A DNA stretch of 60,281 nt, from contig CAIZZE010000072.1 of the NCBI GenBank assembly GCA_903937405.1, positions 1 through 60,281 on the forward strand. Direction: 5' to 3'. Source of the stretch: an uncultured Alphaproteobacteria bacterium. GTDB lineage: Bacteria; Pseudomonadota; Alphaproteobacteria; Rickettsiales; UBA1997. The translations under genes were made by a program, and so were the position numbers. A model generated the notes under the pieces. The model made no database searches and had not been told where the DNA came from. It worked only from the letters and a program-made list of their open reading frames with translations. Of this stretch, positions 56,444-60,281 are shown one piece after another (the first letter of the stretch is position 1; each line of letters starts with the position of its first letter).

Positions 56444-57367
56444 CAAAATATTATCGACACCGCCATTTAAAATATGGGCGTAGCTAACATTATTTTCCAA
56501 AGCGTTAATGCAAGTTTCAATTTTTGGAATCATGCCGCCAGTAATAACGCCGTCTTGAATCATCTGTTTCGCAGTTGCGATATTTAAGTGACTTACCAAT
56601 TCGCCATTTGGCAACATCACGCCATCAACATCAGTTAAAATAATCAATTTTGAAGCTTGTAGCGCCGCGGCAATCGCGCCTGCAGCGGTATCAGCGTTAA
56701 TGTTGAAAGTTTCACCATTATCGCCAATTCCAATTGGGGCAATTACTGGAATGATGTCTGAATCTTCAAAAACATTCAGCACTTCAGGATCAATTAAATA
56801 AGGCTCGCCCACGAAACCTAAATTAAGAATTTTTTCGATATTTGAATCTGGATCTTTTTTGGTTCTGGTTAATTTTCTGGCGCGAATCAAATTGCCATCT
56901 TTACCACAAATGCCGATCGCCTTTCCCGCTGCGGCGTTAATTTCTTTTACAATCATCTTGTTGATCGAACCCGCCAAAACCATTTCAACAACATCAACCG
57001 TATCAGAATCGGTAACGCGAAGACCATCAACGAAAGAAGATTTCATATTTAATTTCGCCAACATTTGCCCAATTTGCGGGCCGCCGCCGTGAACTATGAT
57101 TGGGTTAATTCCAACCTGTTTTAGTAACACAACATTTTTTGCAAAATTGCGTAAATTTTTATCGCCGCCCATCGCCGAACCACCAAATTTAATCACAAAA
57201 GTTTCTCCAGCAAATTTACGCATGTAAGGTAAAGCTTCGCAAAGAATTTCCGCCTTATGCGCCCATTCCTGACGGCCTTTTTCCTTTTGCAGGGAGATAT
57301 TTTCTATCGGCGTAATAGTGCCTTCTTTTTCTTTTTGATGATCGGAGAAATTGATGATGTTGGTCAT
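56396..57367 (-). CDS. argB: Acetylglutamate kinase
   Basis: FVIKFGGSAM, VHGGGPQI and the amino-acid kinase fold throughout. N-terminal extension of about 30 aa. Confidence 0.9.
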   Translation of the reverse strand: MTNIINFSDHQKEKEGTITPIENISLQKEKGRQEWAHKAEILCEALPYMRKFAGETFVIKFGGSAMGGDKNLRNFAKNVVLLKQVGINPIIVHGGGPQIGQMLAKLNMKSSFVDGLRVTDSDTVDVVEMVLAGSINKMIVKEINAAAGKAIGICGKDGNLIRARKLTRTKKDPDSNIEKILNLGFVGEPYLIDPEVLNVFEDSDIIPVIAPIGIGDNGETFNINADTAAGAIAAALQASKLIILTDVDGVMLPNGELVSHLNIATAKQMIQDGVITGGMIPKIETCINALENNVSYAHILNGGVDNILLMEIFTESGAGTMIL

Positions 57368-57406
57368 TGCAGTTGAAATTGATTTTATAAAAACAGGAGC
57401 CGATTT

Positions 57407-58111
57407 TTATTTGGGAGAAGCTTTGTTAGCAAGCAGGTTTTTCAAAGAAATTACTTCGATTTTACTGAAATTTTCAATTGTTTGGTTTGGCGATAAAGAC
57501 GGCGGCAATTGAGTTGGCAAATCTTCATTGATGATGATTTTTTCGATTGCCACATTTCTTGATTTTAAAGCTGTAACTGCGCAAAGAGTGTGGCTGATTG
57601 AACCCAGATAATTAGCGCTTACGAGCAAGGTTGGAATTTTTAAATCTGCCGCTAAATCAAGAAAAGTTTTTTCGTCATTGATTGGTGTCATTACGCCGCC
57701 AGCAGCTTCAATAAAAAGAAATTGGTTATTAGTTTTAGCGAGAGCAATTTTTTCTTGGCAGAAATTTTTTACATCAAAAAAGTTGATTTCTGTGCCAGAA
57801 ATTTTAGCAGCAAAATGTGGGGAAACAGCTTCAGTAAAGCGCCAAGGACCAATTGAATTAAGAATAGATCCCAAAACAAGTTCAGGATGATAGATCTTTA
57901 CTTCATCGTCATCCTGAACTTGTTTTGGGATCTGTTTTGTGGAATTCAAAAGTCTTATTGAATCACTATTTTCATCATCATCTTTAAACCCGCTTGCAAT
58001 AGGTTTTATCGCCATCGCGCCCGGAAAATTGCGGCATAAATTTTCAACTAAAAAAGTTTTTCCAATATCGGTTCCAATTCCAACAATGAAATAAATTTTC
58101 TCTTTTAGCAT
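57407..58111 (-). CDS. bioD: Dethiobiotin synthase carrying an in-frame palindromic-element insertion
   Basis: P-loop (GIGTDIGKT), SPHFAAK, and EAAGGVMTPI. The extra peptide KQIPKQVQDDDEVKIYHPELVLGSIL is encoded by the repeat at 57866-57933. Confidence 0.82.
   Translation of the reverse strand: MLKEKIYFIVGIGTDIGKTFLVENLCRNFPGAMAIKPIASGFKDDDENSDSIRLLNSTKQIPKQVQDDDEVKIYHPELVLGSILNSIGPWRFTEAVSPHFAAKISGTEINFFDVKNFCQEKIALAKTNNQFLFIEAAGGVMTPINDEKTFLDLAADLKIPTLLVSANYLGSISHTLCAVTALKSRNVAIEKIIINEDLPTQLPPSLSPNQTIENFSKIEVISLKNLLANKASPK
57866..57933. repeat. Palindromic element of the 46803-type family, located inside the bioD coding sequence
   Basis: Arms AGATCCCAAAACAAGTTCAGGATGA and GTCATCCTGAACTTGTTTTGGGATCT with a 17-nt spacer. 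No stop codon in the bioD frame. Confidence 0.75.
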
Positions 58112-59307
58112 TATTTAAGTTTGGAGAAAGAGCCATAAATCGGGCCGAATACCGCGATTGTAATCCAAGCAATCATGCCACCCATCACAATTGTCAAAGC
58201 TGGCTGAATCATGCCCACCAATTTGTCGATTGAGTCATTAATTTCGCGGTCATAGAAAAACTTAATATTTTGTAGCGCCGTTTCCATATTACCACTTTCC
58301 TCGCCGATTTTAAACATCCGAATTACAAGGTTTGGAAAATATCCAGTAAGCGCAATTGCTTTCGCCAAAGATTGACCATCAGTAACTTGCTGTTTCACCA
58401 CAATAATACTTTTTTTCATCGCCTTGTTTTTGATCACTGAACTTGAAGCTTCAAGACATTCAATAACGCCCAGACCACTTTTGAAAGTCATAGCAAAAAA
58501 CTGACAGAATTTTGCCGCGTCAATTTTACTGATGATTGGACCAATAATCGGGAGTTTTAATTTTAAATCGTCAATTTTAACCGCCATCTCCGGATTTTTT
58601 GCCAAAAGTTTCATTAAAATTATAATGAGCGGAACCGAGAAAATTATGAGATACCAGTTATTTTTAACGAAGTCGGAAAAGCCAATCAAAGCTACAGTCA
58701 TAATTGGCAAGGTCAGTCCTTGAGCTATAATGAATCCAGTAACTTTCGGCACTACAACCGTAGTCATGATTCCAAGCACGATACACATCATAAAAATACC
58801 AAAAAGCGGTCCAGTTGTGGCTTTTTTGGTTTTACGCTTGATATCCATGTTCCACTTCAAATCTTCGATGATACTGCCAAATGACGTGGCAAGGTTACCT
58901 GTTTTTTCACCCATGCTGATCAAACCAACGTGGATTGGGTTAAAAACATCGGGGTGTTTGCTTAAACTTTCTGAAAAAAGACTTCCGTTTTTGATCGCTT
59001 CATAAATTTCTGCCATCAGGTTTTTAATTCTTTCTGAATCTGCGGTTTCTTTAAGATCATTAATGGAATCGATAATTGAAACACCTGCTCTTTCCAGCTG
59101 CTCGAGGTGAATGAAAACCGCGATTAAATCTCGCGTTTTAATCTTGTTAAAAAAACCGTAAGTTTTTTGTTTTTCTTCCTTGAATGATACAAGTTCTAAA
59201 CCAGTTGAACGTAGAATTGTCGCCAGATCAGAAGGATTTTCTGCCGACATTCTGCCACTTACATATCTGCCATTTTCGTTGATTACTTTATATCGGAAAT
59301 GCTTCAT
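58111..59307 (-). CDS. Type II secretion / type IV pilus platform protein (GspF/PilC family)
   Basis: 398 aa with two T2SSF repeats and three TM segments. TAATG overlaps at both ends (def upstream, bioD downstream). Confidence 0.82.
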   Translation of the reverse strand: MKHFRYKVINENGRYVSGRMSAENPSDLATILRSTGLELVSFKEEKQKTYGFFNKIKTRDLIAVFIHLEQLERAGVSIIDSINDLKETADSERIKNLMAEIYEAIKNGSLFSESLSKHPDVFNPIHVGLISMGEKTGNLATSFGSIIEDLKWNMDIKRKTKKATTGPLFGIFMMCIVLGIMTTVVVPKVTGFIIAQGLTLPIMTVALIGFSDFVKNNWYLIIFSVPLIIILMKLLAKNPEMAVKIDDLKLKLPIIGPIISKIDAAKFCQFFAMTFKSGLGVIECLEASSSVIKNKAMKKSIIVVKQQVTDGQSLAKAIALTGYFPNLVIRMFKIGEESGNMETALQNIKFFYDREINDSIDKLVGMIQPALTIVMGGMIAWITIAVFGPIYGSFSKLK

Positions 59308-59867
59308 TATTTTTTCTGCAATTTTTTCATTTTATTCAAAATCACGTCACGTTTTAATTTTGAAATGTGATCGACAAAAGTAATTCCATTCAAATGGTCG
59401 ATTTCGTGCTGAATACATGTTGCAAGTAAACCATCCATTTCTTCAACACATTCTTTACCATTTTCATCAAGATATTTTACTTTAACAATTTCGGGACGAA
59501 TAACTTCCGATCTCATATCAGGAAATGAAAGGCAACCTTCATTGTAAGAATGATTTTCTTTAGAAATTTCAACGATTTCCGGATTGATGAAAAAACGCGG
59601 GTTAGTGTTTGAAACATGAACTCCACCACAACCATGGTGATCGTGATGATGGTGATCGTGATCATCAACTTCATAATCAACATCAATCACCAAAATTCTT
59701 TTTAACATTCCAACTTGCACCGCCGCAAGACCAACGCCACTTGCTGAATACATTGTGGTTACCATGTTATTCATAAATTGGCGAAGAGCGTCATCAATTG
59801 TTTCAACTGGTTTGGAAACTTTTTTTAAGATTGGATCTGGTGCTAAAATGATTGGTAGAACTTTCAT
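59307..59867 (-). CDS. def: Peptide deformylase with His/Asp-rich insertion
   Basis: GVGLAAVQVG, EGCLSFP and HEIDHLNG motifs. Carries the extra segment DYEVDDHDHHHHDHHGCGGVHVSNTN. Confidence 0.9.
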   Translation of the reverse strand: MKVLPIILAPDPILKKVSKPVETIDDALRQFMNNMVTTMYSASGVGLAAVQVGMLKRILVIDVDYEVDDHDHHHHDHHGCGGVHVSNTNPRFFINPEIVEISKENHSYNEGCLSFPDMRSEVIRPEIVKVKYLDENGKECVEEMDGLLATCIQHEIDHLNGITFVDHISKLKRDVILNKMKKLQKK

Positions 59868-59900
59868 GTTTCGTTTATGTTGTTGTTTTTACTATTAATT

Positions 59901-60001
59901 GAAGTCCGACTGGACCCCGTCGTGAAGACGGGGTGACAAACTTTTCTTGCCGAATTTAAAGTTGTCAACCCGTCTTCACGACGGAGTCCAGTCGGGCTTT
60001 C
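59901..60001. repeat. Long GC-rich inverted repeat (arms of about 39 nt, 22-nt spacer), MITE-like
   Basis: Left arm: GAAGTCCGACTGGACCCCGTCGTGAAGACGGGGTGACAA. Reverse complement of right arm: GAAAGCCCGACTGGACTCCGTCGTGAAGACGGGTTGACAA. Each arm holds a CCCGTC-gtgaa-GACGGG hairpin. Confidence 0.75.
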
Positions 60002-60019
60002 CACGCTTTAGAACTTATC

Positions 60020-60281
60020 TTAAGAACTCACTATCCCACTCACAACTTTTCTTAAAGCTTCGGGATAAATTTTATGTTCTTCTTTTAAAATCCTCGCCGC
60101 CAAAGTGTCCTTCGTATCATGCGGCTTCACTTCAACTTGCGACTGTAAAATCACAGGCCCACAGTCCATTTCTTCGCGCACAAAATGCACCGTACAACCC
60201 GAAATTTTTACTCCGGCTTTAATCGCATCTCCCACTGCATCTGCTCCTTTAAATTCAGGCAAAAGTGACGGATGAATATTA
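60020..60281 (-). CDS. purN: Phosphoribosylglycinamide formyltransferase, C-terminal part (gene runs off the window)
   Basis: Reverse translation from the window edge reads NIHPSLLPEFKGADAVGDAIKAGVKISGCTVHFVREEMDCGPVILQ, which matches the PurN core. Confidence 0.8.
   Translation of the reverse strand, partial: NIHPSLLPEFKGADAVGDAIKAGVKISGCTVHFVREEMDCGPVILQSQVEVKPHDTKDTLAARILKEEHKIYPEALRKVVSGIVSS

Noticed and set aside
59947-60222. 91-aa + strand ORF between def and purN
   Set aside because: Its 5' part is the right arm of the long inverted repeat, and the rest is antisense to the clearly recognisable purN C-terminus.
1-60281. CRISPR arrays, rRNA/tRNA genes, IS elements or integrases
   Set aside because: The palindromic repeats are dispersed singletons, not regularly spaced direct repeats. 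No intergenic segment has tRNA/rRNA-like composition or cloverleaf potential. No ORF shows DDE transposase or tyrosine/serine recombinase motifs.

Overview
This is an AT-rich, gene-dense chromosomal window of about 60 CDS. Many start/stop overlaps (ATGA, TAATG) indicate long polycistronic units. No rRNA, tRNA, CRISPR array, integrase or transposase was recognised. Gene content and local synteny suggest a reduced, probably host-associated alphaproteobacterium (Rickettsiales/Holosporales-like): argS followed by a SPOR protein, lnt followed by an XRE gene, sdhE, virD4, and a long Rickettsia-type Icd. This lineage call is inference only.

Core content:
- serA-serC-serB-ydiJ operon
- surA-like gene and ctpA
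- tyrA-ispG-bioC-TPR-mlaA-mlaC string
- msbA-like exporter, argS, recN, virD4, aroE
- orphan histidine kinase
- nusA and infB
- pilin-like LamG protein, cytochrome b561, lone hisF
- lnt, preceded by two paralogous GT-C-like membrane proteins
- icd, mscS, two glycosyltransferases
- an apparent 8-gene unit ompW-small ORF-cydA-cydB-cydX-hemN-persulfide dioxygenase-rhodanese, lying next to a perfect FNR box and a divergent Fnr-like regulator
- argB, bioD, gspF/pilC, def, and a partial purN

Most noteworthy observations:
1. A tightly coupled three-gene cassette at 34.9-37.8 kb sits between housekeeping genes. It encodes an EcoRI-family adenine methyltransferase, a Bro-N/DinD-like protein and a DUF262::HNH nuclease. 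It fits no canonical R-M type and is the best candidate for an undescribed defence or restriction-like system.
2. Several families of palindromic, MITE-like repeats are present. One copy is inserted in frame inside bioD, as seen with Rickettsia palindromic elements. Another truncates a T5orf172/GIY-YIG-like pseudogene.
3. A His-rich insertion in Def is built on a 15-bp tandem duplication.
4. A SAM-methyltransferase-like protein with a disordered N-terminus lies near a solitary virD4.
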